Assembly: GCA_031962025.1 (NCBI GenBank)
Contig: JAVRKW010000013.1
Source: Pseudothermotoga sp.
Lineage (GTDB): Bacteria > Thermotogota > Thermotogae > Thermotogales > DSM-5069
Strand: one strand, 5' to 3'
Length of the DNA: 35,633 bases
Of the stretch, positions 1 through 8,093 are shown in pieces (positions within the stretch are counted from its first letter, which is position 1; each line of letters opens with the position of its first letter). Position numbers and translations under genes: made by a program. Under the pieces are notes generated by a model. It was not told the DNA's origin, made no database searches, and worked only from the letters and a program-made list of their open reading frames with translations.

Positions 1-11
1 AGAATTGTCAA
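1..11 (-). CDS. Probable start of a gene running off the left edge (product unknown)
   Basis: Minus-strand GAGGTG RBS (23-18), 6 nt spacer, TTG at 11-9; TATAAT at 50-45 upstream. Only 3 codons visible. Confidence 0.4.
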
Positions 12-322
12 AGTACACACCTCGATTTTTGGTAGGCAAATCACATTATAGACCCTTTACCTTTGTCAAGTTATTACCCGTCTTTTAAAATTTCTGTGAA
101 GATTCCAAATCTATGGAAAAAGCAAATTTATTCTTCACCGAGTTGAACGGGCTTGGGAAAAAAGACTCAGTTTTACCTTCAGAAAAATCAATTTCGAGTT
201 GAGAGAAAGAACATACTGTTCACAGATCGTGCACTTAATCTTTTAAAGGAATATGGCTACGAGTGATTCGAAAAAACTAATGGTTCTGGAAAAAATCCGC
301 AAAATAAAGTCGAAATAATCGG

Positions 323-351
323 TGATATAATTTCACACGGCAGTGGAGGTG
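323..351 (+). promoter_or_regulatory. Extended -10 promoter element and RBS for the 357-5259 operon
   Basis: TGaTATAAT at 323-331; GGAGGTG at 345-351 ahead of TTG 357. Confidence 0.6.
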
Positions 352-356
352 CAATC

Positions 357-1019
357 TTGCAAACCTTTTGGGAGCAAGAATTCAAATGTCCCGTCTGCGG
401 AAAGACGTTTCGTTCTGTTCGTGTGTTCAGTGATGCCATTAAAATCAAAGAACGTGACAGCGACCTGAAACCAATTTATGACGGTGTTAATGCCTTGCTA
501 TTTCAGCCCGTGACATGTCCTGAGTGTTTCTATACGGCTTTTGAAAGTGATTTTGAGATATCACTCTCTCAAAAGCAAAAAGAAATGCTTAAGAAACTCT
601 GTGAAAAATTAAAGGCACTTTTGTCGATCGATCTTTCCAAAGATAGAAAACTGAGCGATGGAGCTTCACTTTTCACAATAGCTGCCGCAGTCTACACGAT
701 ACTCGAAAAGCATCTGCGCGCAGCTGAAGCATATCTAAAACTCGCCTGGATTTTCAGGGATATGAATAATCACGATGAGGAAATCAAAGCTCTAACTGGA
801 GCGTTGAAGCATTTCATGGAAAGCTATACAAAAGAGGAGCTCTCTGAAGATCAGCAGGTCATGGTTATTTTCTACCTTGGGGAGTTGAATGCGCGTCTTT
901 CCAATAAGAAAGAAGCAGTTAAATGGTTTTCAACCTTGATACAGAAATTTGGAAATTCCAGTTCCATTTATGTAAAGCTGGCACGCAAAGAATGGCAGGA
1001 AATTACCATGGGGAAGTGA
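357..1019 (+). CDS. DUF2225-like protein (two CxxC Zn-ribbon pairs plus TPR-like helices)
   Basis: CPVC and CPEC pairs, DSDLKPIY motif, AYLKLAWIFR and FYLGELNARL TPR-like helices; strong RBS. Confidence 0.8.
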   Translation: MQTFWEQEFKCPVCGKTFRSVRVFSDAIKIKERDSDLKPIYDGVNALLFQPVTCPECFYTAFESDFEISLSQKQKEMLKKLCEKLKALLSIDLSKDRKLSDGASLFTIAAAVYTILEKHLRAAEAYLKLAWIFRDMNNHDEEIKALTGALKHFMESYTKEELSEDQQVMVIFYLGELNARLSNKKEAVKWFSTLIQKFGNSSSIYVKLARKEWQEITMGK

Positions 1020-1026
1020 AAAGCGA

Positions 1027-2733
1027 ATGAAAAGGTTACTCTTGCTCTTTTGTGTATTACTGTTTTTATTCGCGTGCAGTCCATACAACCAGGATTTACT
1101 TGAACAGATAAACAGAAGATTGGACGATCTTGAATACAGAATTTCTCAACTCGAAAAAAGCAACATCACAAGTCAAAAGGACCTTCAGAACCTGCAAAAA
1201 GAAGTTTCAAGGATAAACAGTGAAGTTGCAGCAGCAAAACAGGCTATAAATGAACAAAAAAGTATTCCAATAGTTTCGCAGGACGAGCTAAAGGACATCT
1301 TGGCAAGAATCACAACCCTTGAAATGCGTTACAGCCAGCTTTCTGTGGCTTTGAACGTGTCAGATATCAGAGAGCTCATATACAGATTGGGTGATCTTGA
1401 AGCTTCTCAAAAACAGCAGCAACTGGCTTATGAGAGATTTGTTCAGCAGACCGAGCAGCTTTTGGAGCAGGTAGATGCAAGAAAAATTGCCGAAAGATTG
1501 AACAGTTTGGAGAATTCTGTCACATCGATTTCAAATCAAGTTTCGGAAGTTTTAGAGCTTTCTTCGAGAATAAAGTCCGTTGAGAATACCATAGAGAAAC
1601 TGGCTTTTCAAGCACCTCAAGTGCAATCTAAAGTAGATATTTCTTTCATTGAAACAGAGATCAACCAGTTGAGGTCTGCTTTAAAAGAGACAGAAACCAG
1701 TCTCAGGCGTGATTTTCAAAAATTCACACAAAAGCCGGCTGTTTCTGGCACTTCTGAAGAATTACAGCAATATATCGCCAACACAACAGCCCTTGTTCGG
1801 CAGTTAGCCACAGAACTTGAGAATTTACGTGGAATTGTTCGTGAATACGATAGGGATAGATTCTTAAAGCTTGATCAGGGGTACATAACATACATTGTGA
1901 AACCTGGTGATACACTATCCGGTATTCTTCAAGCCTACGGTCTAAAACAGGATAAGGTGAGACAGGTAATGGAACTGAACCAGATTCAGGATGCTAACAG
2001 GTTGCTGGTTGGTCAGAGGATAAAAATACCGATAGAAGATACCAGCTCGCTGTTTAAATATCCATTGAGCCGTCCATTGAACCCGCAGGATGTGGTTGGT
2101 GTCTTCTCTGAACCTGCCGGTGGAGGTGCAAGAACTGGAATAGAAATCAAAGTGACCAACCAGGAAAAGGTTTACTCGATCTTGCCCGGTAGAGTTTTGA
2201 GTATCTTACAGGATGGATATGGATATTACGTTCGAGTCGATCACGGGAACGGCATATTGGCGATCTATGGAAATCTCAGTACCGTTGAAGTTTCACAAGG
2301 TCAGTGGTTGACAACTGGTCAGAGCATAGGTACGGTTGATACGATCTTTCATTTTGAAATCTGGATAGATGGTGAGCCAAGAGATCCTTTGAGAATTCTT
2401 CTCAAATACGCCGGTAAATTTGAGGCAACTTACTACTCAGAATGGGAGGATGCAAAGTTACCGGAGCATCCAACCTTTCGTGTAACGGCGAGTGGTACTG
2501 TGCCTAAGGACTGGTGGACCATCGCGGCTGATCCATCGGTTATTCCTCTTGGCAGTGTTGTTTACATTCCACAATTTTCAGACAAACCAAATTACGGATT
2601 TTTCAAAGTCGAAGATACTGGCTTAGCCATTAAAAACGACAAGATAGATATTTACACGAGTAGTCTGAGACAGGCACTTGTGAATATGCGTTCCTATGTG
2701 GATGTTTACGTTGTGACATCTCAGGCAAGGTGA
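1027..2733 (+). CDS. Lipoprotein: long coiled coil + LysM + M23/LytM-like + 3D (MltA-like) domain
   Basis: Lipobox LFA-C17; heptad-rich ~aa 22-275; LysM YIVKPGDTLSGI...LLVGQRIKIP; M23-like VRVDHGNG...FHFEI..DGEPRDP; 3D motif IAADPSVIPLGS...EDTG.AIK..KIDIY. Confidence 0.85.
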   Translation: MKRLLLLFCVLLFLFACSPYNQDLLEQINRRLDDLEYRISQLEKSNITSQKDLQNLQKEVSRINSEVAAAKQAINEQKSIPIVSQDELKDILARITTLEMRYSQLSVALNVSDIRELIYRLGDLEASQKQQQLAYERFVQQTEQLLEQVDARKIAERLNSLENSVTSISNQVSEVLELSSRIKSVENTIEKLAFQAPQVQSKVDISFIETEINQLRSALKETETSLRRDFQKFTQKPAVSGTSEELQQYIANTTALVRQLATELENLRGIVREYDRDRFLKLDQGYITYIVKPGDTLSGILQAYGLKQDKVRQVMELNQIQDANRLLVGQRIKIPIEDTSSLFKYPLSRPLNPQDVVGVFSEPAGGGARTGIEIKVTNQEKVYSILPGRVLSILQDGYGYYVRVDHGNGILAIYGNLSTVEVSQGQWLTTGQSIGTVDTIFHFEIWIDGEPRDPLRILLKYAGKFEATYYSEWEDAKLPEHPTFRVTASGTVPKDWWTIAADPSVIPLGSVVYIPQFSDKPNYGFFKVEDTGLAIKNDKIDIYTSSLRQALVNMRSYVDVYVVTSQAR

Positions 2734-2750
2734 AATGGAGGTAGAGAACC

Positions 2751-3176
2751 TTGGGTATAACGATTAAAAGTGAGTATGCCTTCAAGATCCTTCTGGAAAT
2801 AGTTGGTTGTGAGAAAATCGAGCCAATTTCACTCACAACGGTGCTTGGTAGAATCAGAGCGCCGAAAGAGTTTGCGGAAAAAATCATGGTTGAGCTCAAA
2901 GAAGCCGGGATAATACAATCTACTCGTGGAAGAAAAGGTGGTTATCGACTGGCAAAACCAGCCGATCAGATAACTGCACTTGATGTTGTCAAAGCTGTGG
3001 ACGATCCTCAAAAAATCGTTAAATGCACATTTGATGAAAATTGCTGCAGTGATCCGTCGAATTGTGTTATCCGCATTATGATCTGGGAAAGATTGAAGCA
3101 GGCTATAGAGGAAACTCTCAGATCGGTTACTCTCAAAGATCTGTTTGAACACTGTCAAGGAAGGGTTGAGAAATGA
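2751..3176 (+). CDS. Rrf2-family transcriptional regulator with Cys cluster
   Basis: wHTH signature LKEAGIIQSTRGRKGGYRLAKPADQIT; CTFDENCCSDPSNC; RBS GGAGG. Confidence 0.9.
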   Translation: MGITIKSEYAFKILLEIVGCEKIEPISLTTVLGRIRAPKEFAEKIMVELKEAGIIQSTRGRKGGYRLAKPADQITALDVVKAVDDPQKIVKCTFDENCCSDPSNCVIRIMIWERLKQAIEETLRSVTLKDLFEHCQGRVEK

Positions 3177-4138
3177 GAAATTTAGTTCAGAACATAGCGG
3201 ACGATTTTTTCCAGATGCTGAGGTACGATAAAAAGGACTGGTATGGCTACTGGAAAAAGTACCGTGAAAAATACGAACCGATTATTCGCAATTACGAAGA
3301 AAGGTTTGGTTTATCTGAGCAGAAAGTAAAAGAGCTGCTCGACGGATTACAGCGTCCTGTTTTAGACAGTTTGATGCAATACTGGCATGATGTATCGAGA
3401 AATCAGAAACTTTACTGTTCAAAACTCGTCTCTCACAGACACGATCTTTTCCAGCTTGAAAAAGAAGATTTTTCAATAATCCTGACAGGTTTGCTTGGTA
3501 TTGAAGACTGGGTCGTGGTTGCGGGTAATCGGGAAGATGTGATTTTAATAGATTTACTTTCACTGTACAAAAAAGGAATTATCGATAAAGTTGCTGAAGT
3601 GACATTTCAGGCTGTGAGATCTTTCAGGGATGGTAAAAGTGCAGGAAATTACATTCCAAAGCAGGAACTCTTTACACATCTATTGAATGAGATAGACGAT
3701 GTGCTGAAAAATCACAATCTTGCTGATTCAATGCGAATGATCTGCGAAATTCTGTATTCAAAGGTTGCTTACTATGACTGGGTTGGATTTTATTTGGTGG
3801 ATCAGGATAGAGAAAACGAACTTGTACTTGGTCCGTTTGTGGGTGAACCGACAGAACATGTGAGAATACCTTTTGGAAGAGGTATCTGCGGTCAGGCGGC
3901 TGCAACAGGCATGACCTTTATGGTTCAAGATGTCTCAAGAGAAACCAACTACCTTTCCTGTAGTCCAAAGGTGAAATCTGAGATTGTGGTACCTATAAAG
4001 ATATCCCAGAAGATTTTTGGAGAACTTGACATAGACAGTCATGTACTCAGTCCTTTTGATGACGAAGATGATAAATTTTTGAATACCATCTGTGAAAAAA
4101 TATCACAAAAAGTGAGGAGTGATAAAGAGTGGAAGTAA
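3173..4138 (+). CDS. Unknown N-terminal domain fused to a free methionine-R-sulfoxide reductase (MsrC/fRMsr)-like GAF domain
   Basis: C-terminal DWVGFYL...LGPFVG...GRGICGQAA...YLSC...SEIVVPI...GELDIDS; ATGA overlap with the Rrf2 gene. Confidence 0.8.
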   Translation: MRNLVQNIADDFFQMLRYDKKDWYGYWKKYREKYEPIIRNYEERFGLSEQKVKELLDGLQRPVLDSLMQYWHDVSRNQKLYCSKLVSHRHDLFQLEKEDFSIILTGLLGIEDWVVVAGNREDVILIDLLSLYKKGIIDKVAEVTFQAVRSFRDGKSAGNYIPKQELFTHLLNEIDDVLKNHNLADSMRMICEILYSKVAYYDWVGFYLVDQDRENELVLGPFVGEPTEHVRIPFGRGICGQAAATGMTFMVQDVSRETNYLSCSPKVKSEIVVPIKISQKIFGELDIDSHVLSPFDDEDDKFLNTICEKISQKVRSDKEWK

Positions 4139-5259
4139 CTGAAATTGTCAGGAAGGCTGCTAAAAACTTTGAAACGCCTTTTTTGCTGATTGATCTTGAT
4201 ATTGTAGAGGAAAACTACAAGAGGCTCTCCAGAGCTATCCCTGGATGTAAGATCTTTTATGCCATCAAAGCGAACAGCCATCCGAGAATCCTTGAAAGGC
4301 TCAGAGATCTTGGCAGTAATTTCGATGTGGCTTCGATAGGAGAAATAAGAAAATTGATAGGTCTTGGTGTTACGCCAGACAGAATGATCTTTGCAAACCC
4401 CATCAAACGCGAAAAGGATATCGCGGCAGCTTATGATCTTGGTCTGGATCTTTTTGCGGCAGATTCGACGATGGAACTTGAAAAGATAGCAGAGAATGCA
4501 CCGGGATCTCAGGTGGTGATACGTGTCGCGGTTGAAAACACTCACAGTGATTGGCCATTATCCAGGAAGTTTGGCGTTGACATGTTGGTCGCAGTCGACT
4601 TGATCGCGTATGCACAAAAGTTGAGATTGATACCAGTTGGAGTGAGTTTTCACGTCGGTTCGCAGAATTACGATCCACACAGCTGGTCAAACGCAATTGA
4701 AAGAGTGGCAAAGATATTTTACTGGGCAGACAGAAATTTTGGAATAAACTTGAAGATACTCGACATTGGAGGAGGAATACCAATAAAGCACGTTAAACCC
4801 ATACCTACTGTCGAAGAGATTGGAGAAATAGTTGTCCAGTCGATCAATGAATATCTATACGGTATAAAGGGTTTACAAATATTCGCAGAACCCGGCAGGT
4901 CTATGGTTGGAAATTCAGCAATACTGGTCAGCAAGGTTCTTTTGAGATGTCAGCGTGGAAGTGAAGAGTGGGTTTACATAGATGCCGGAGTCTTCCATGG
5001 CTTGATGGAGACTATCGAGAATTTCAGATATGAGATACGTGTGGATGGTAAAGAATCAGAACAAAAGATACCATTTGTCCTAGCTGGTCCAACCTGTGAT
5101 AGCGTGGACAAGATTTATGACGATGCGATGCTACCATACAATGTAACTTTAGACGATATAGTCTACTTCATCAATGCTGGAGCATATACGGTTGAATATG
5201 GAACGAATTTCAACGGAATACCTTCACCCAAGGTCTATTTTGTACAGGATTTGAAGTAA
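4129..5259 (+). CDS. Fold-type III PLP-dependent ornithine/lysine decarboxylase
   Basis: YAIKANS (PLP Lys), FDVAS, HVGSQ, DIGGG, AEPGR, GPTCDS, GAYT...FNG motifs. Confidence 0.9.
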   Translation: MEVTEIVRKAAKNFETPFLLIDLDIVEENYKRLSRAIPGCKIFYAIKANSHPRILERLRDLGSNFDVASIGEIRKLIGLGVTPDRMIFANPIKREKDIAAAYDLGLDLFAADSTMELEKIAENAPGSQVVIRVAVENTHSDWPLSRKFGVDMLVAVDLIAYAQKLRLIPVGVSFHVGSQNYDPHSWSNAIERVAKIFYWADRNFGINLKILDIGGGIPIKHVKPIPTVEEIGEIVVQSINEYLYGIKGLQIFAEPGRSMVGNSAILVSKVLLRCQRGSEEWVYIDAGVFHGLMETIENFRYEIRVDGKESEQKIPFVLAGPTCDSVDKIYDDAMLPYNVTLDDIVYFINAGAYTVEYGTNFNGIPSPKVYFVQDLK

Positions 5260-5261
5260 AT

Positions 5262-5657
5262 TCAACTTCCAAGAATCTGGACAACAACCGTTCTGACTCT
5301 GGGACCGTCGAATTCACATAAAAAGATCTTCTGCCAGGTACCCAGGGTCAGTTTTCCATTGAAAATAGGAATTGAAACTGAAGAACCTATAAGAGAAGTT
5401 TTTATGTGTGAATCGGCATTTTTTTCCAGATGTTCGTACTTCAAGTCCTTTGGTGCCAGATCAGCCAGTCTTTTTATTATGTCCATTCTGACAGACCAAT
5501 CACTGCCTTCGTTTATCGTAACACCAGCAGTTGTGTGTGGAACAAAAACAAGGCAGATGCCTTCTTTGATATTCGATTCATCAACTATTCTCTGTATCTC
5601 GTGGGAGATATCTATGAATTCTTCACGTTGAGATGATTTTACCGTGAGACTTCTCAA
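5262..5657 (-). CDS. yjbQ: YjbQ/UPF0047 family protein (secondary thiamine-phosphate synthase-like)
   Basis: PHTTAGVTINE, NADSHIK, LGTWQ.IF.CEFDGPR motifs; start moved to TTG 5657 behind GAGGTG. Confidence 0.88.
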   Translation of the reverse strand: MRSLTVKSSQREEFIDISHEIQRIVDESNIKEGICLVFVPHTTAGVTINEGSDWSVRMDIIKRLADLAPKDLKYEHLEKNADSHIKTSLIGSSVSIPIFNGKLTLGTWQKIFLCEFDGPRVRTVVVQILGS

Positions 5658-5667
5658 AAAGCTCACC

Positions 5668-5949
5668 TCATTCGAACAAAACATTTGTGATTATGACTAT
5701 GTAACCATTGTGCTCTTCAAATTCTACTCTTACCCTGTCCTTTTCAACTTTGAAGGTGTCGCTTACCCAATCAACTATTCTTTCCTTTATCTTTTCAGAA
5801 TTTTCCTCAAACTCACTCTTTGGGACTATCTCAGTCACTGCGACGGGCCGCCTGCGTTCTAAGATTGTTTCCAGTCTTTTGTAAGCTGTTTCCCTGCTTC
5901 TTTCGCGTTTTCTTCTCTTAAATAGTCCAAAGAACCACACGAAGATCAT
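5668..5949 (-). CDS. minE: Cell division topological specificity factor MinE
   Basis: Amphipathic N-terminus (WFFGLF) followed by S.E.AYKRL..IL.RRR; ATGA overlap with minD. Confidence 0.75.
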   Translation of the reverse strand: MIFVWFFGLFKRRKRERSRETAYKRLETILERRRPVAVTEIVPKSEFEENSEKIKERIVDWVSDTFKVEKDRVRVEFEEHNGYIVIITNVLFE

Positions 5950-6761
5950 CCCCTTTTCCTGCTAAAGAGGCTTTTGAAGAACGCAACGAACCCTTTTTCA
6001 GAGATCTGAGATATATCTTCGTCTACGGGGATTGATTCGCCTTTCAAGCGTTTTGCAATGTTTTCAAAGACCTTTGAAACTGACATATCACCATTTAGAA
6101 CAACGGGCAATCCTTTGTTTGTTGCTATTATGACTTCCTCTGAATCTGGGACAACACCTATGATTTCCAGAGCGAGAGTCGACTCCACATCCTGCTGTGT
6201 CAACATCTCTCCGGCTTTAACCATCTTGATCTTGAATCTGTTGAGAATCACTTTCATAGACCGATCGTTGAACCCGAAGTTCTCGAGTAATCCAACCACT
6301 CTGTCGGCATCAGAGATAGCCGGCAGCTCAGGAGTTGTAACTATGAGAGCAGTCTCGGCTGCCGCAACTGCATTTCTGAAGCCTCTCTCGATGCCGGCGG
6401 GAGAATCGATCAGAATATAGTCAAATACAGGATAAAGCGATTTGACTATGGTCTTCATATCTTCTGGAGAAACCATCTCTTTTGTGGCTACTTGTGAGGC
6501 TGCGAGTAAATACAGATTCCTCATCTGTTTATGCCTTACCAAGGCTTCCTGAGCATTCACCTTCCCGTTCACAACATCCAGCAATGTGTACACGACTCTA
6601 TTCTCAAGTCCAAGAACAACATCGAGGTTTTTCAGACCTATATCGGCATCGATTAGACACACTTTGTCGCCCAATTTGGCTAAGGTGCAGCCAAGATTCG
6701 CAGTTATCGTGGTCTTACCAACACCACCCTTCCCCGAGGTTACCACGATTACCTTCGCCAC
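5946..6761 (-). CDS. minD: Septum site-determining ATPase MinD
   Basis: Deviant Walker A SGKGGVGKTT, DADIGLKNLD, DSPAGIERGF, DADRVVGLL, C-terminal membrane-targeting GFVAFFKSLF. Confidence 0.97.
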   Translation of the reverse strand: MAKVIVVTSGKGGVGKTTITANLGCTLAKLGDKVCLIDADIGLKNLDVVLGLENRVVYTLLDVVNGKVNAQEALVRHKQMRNLYLLAASQVATKEMVSPEDMKTIVKSLYPVFDYILIDSPAGIERGFRNAVAAAETALIVTTPELPAISDADRVVGLLENFGFNDRSMKVILNRFKIKMVKAGEMLTQQDVESTLALEIIGVVPDSEEVIIATNKGLPVVLNGDMSVSKVFENIAKRLKGESIPVDEDISQISEKGFVAFFKSLFSRKRG

Positions 6762-6809
6762 TCATTTCACCACCTTCCAATCGTGGGAAAAAGCAGATCT
6801 TTTAATTAG

Positions 6810-6818
6810 ATTTTACCA
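6810..6818 (-). promoter_or_regulatory. Putative extended -10 for minDE-yjbQ
   Basis: Minus-strand TGgTAAAAT about 50 nt upstream of the minD start; no clear -35. Confidence 0.45.
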
Positions 6819-6854
6819 CATCGAAAAACAAAAGCTCTCATTACAAAAATAAGG

Positions 6855-7283
6855 TCAATCATATTCGTCGTATTCGTCAAAGTCCTCATAGTCATCGGTA
6901 TCTTCATATTCGTCAATATCAACAAGCCTTTCAATTTCTTCGCTATCTTCTTCGATATAGTCACTGTCGATGAGCTCTTTAAGTTCTTCTACGCTCGATT
7001 CGTTGTATTCGTCTTTGTCCAGTATGAGTTCCTGTACGACATAGGGAATTCCGTGCTTTCTCTCATATCCTATTGCTATCAATCTGACCTTGCCTTCATC
7101 GGCAAATTTGAGTATTTCATAATCTCCATAAGATTCGAGATGTTCAGAATTCTCAATCAATTCTCTCACAAAATCATCTCCAAAAGTGTTCTCAAGATCA
7201 CTGATTTCACCAGTTTGCAATAACTGTCTGAGCTGATTTCTTTCCTCCCTTGTGGTTACATACTTTTCCATCCAGGGTTGCAT
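6855..7283 (-). CDS. Hypothetical highly acidic protein
   Basis: Open frame with GGAGGTG RBS ahead of ATG 7283; about one third D/E by hand count. Confidence 0.8.
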   Translation of the reverse strand: MQPWMEKYVTTREERNQLRQLLQTGEISDLENTFGDDFVRELIENSEHLESYGDYEILKFADEGKVRLIAIGYERKHGIPYVVQELILDKDEYNESSVEELKELIDSDYIEEDSEEIERLVDIDEYEDTDDYEDFDEYDEYD

Positions 7284-7427
7284 ATTGCTCACCTCCATGA
7301 GAATACTTTTCCATTAATAGACACCAATATCTTCTAAGCAGTTCAACGAATGCAAAATAAATTAAACCACAAAAACCAAAACTTTTCCACCTGCTTTTGT
7401 TAAATGCCAAATTTAGATAGAAAAGAT

Positions 7428-7459
7428 ATGACATAAATACATACTATATGTTATAGTAT
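7428..7459 (+). promoter_or_regulatory. Putative promoter with palindromic operator over the -10
   Basis: ATGACA (7428-33), 18 nt spacer, extended -10 TGtTATAGT (7449-57); perfect inverted repeat ATACTATA-tgt-TATAGTAT (7441-7459). Confidence 0.55.
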
Positions 7460-7481
7460 TATCTGTGCAGACCTGAAAGGG

Positions 7482-8078
7482 GTGATGGCATTGAGACTTT
7501 TCATATTCGACGTAGGTGGTGTGGTGTGTGACAATACTTCTGTGGTTCCAAGTATATGCGAGTATCTTGGTTTATCAAAATCCGAGTTTTTGAGTATAGC
7601 AAATCAGGCGGGTTTAAAAGAAATTCAAACAGGAACAATCTCATTACGGCAATTCTGGATGGAATTTTCCCGAATATCTGGTATATCTGTTGACGAGGAT
7701 CTGTGGGCAAAGTTTTTCAATCCCACACTGAACATGGAAACGGTGAAGATAATAAATCAATTGAAGATTGCTCATCGAGTTGTGGCTGGTACAAATACGA
7801 TTGAATCACATTACAAAGTGCATTTGAAGCGAGGCGATTACAGGTTTTTTGATAAAGTATATGCCTCTCATTTGGTTGGTTATATGAAGCCAGATCATCG
7901 ATTTTATCTTCACATTCTAAAAGAAGAAGGATTTGAACCAGAAAATACGGTTTTCATAGATGACATGGATGAAAATGTCCAAGCAGCGTCTGATATTGGT
8001 ATCCAGTCGTTTATCTTCACCAATGCACAGGAACTTGGACAGAAGTTGTTTGATTTGCAACTTCTGCCTAACAAATAG
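7482..8078 (+). CDS. HAD-family phosphatase (YihX/glucose-1-phosphatase-like)
   Basis: FIFDVGGV (motif I), GTNT, KP, FIDD...NV.AA; start may be ATG 7485. Confidence 0.88.
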   Translation: MMALRLFIFDVGGVVCDNTSVVPSICEYLGLSKSEFLSIANQAGLKEIQTGTISLRQFWMEFSRISGISVDEDLWAKFFNPTLNMETVKIINQLKIAHRVVAGTNTIESHYKVHLKRGDYRFFDKVYASHLVGYMKPDHRFYLHILKEEGFEPENTVFIDDMDENVQAASDIGIQSFIFTNAQELGQKLFDLQLLPNK

Positions 8079-8093
8079 AAAGGGGAGATTTTT

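Noticed and set aside
45..69. Perfect TTGACA and TATAAT on the minus strand as a canonical promoter pair
   Set aside because: Spacer is only 13 nt; the -10 may be real but the pair is not a standard sigma70 promoter.
70..320. Possible CRISPR repeat, riboswitch or small ORF in the left intergenic region
   Set aside because: Only scattered 8-mers (CGAGTTGA twice; TCTGTGAA/TTCACAGA); no periodic array or recognisable aptamer. ORF 257-448 overlaps the real gene antisense.
7207..7434. 75-aa ORF upstream of the acidic protein; likewise 28873-29202
   Set aside because: Both run through promoter regions and overlap real genes out of frame, without an RBS.
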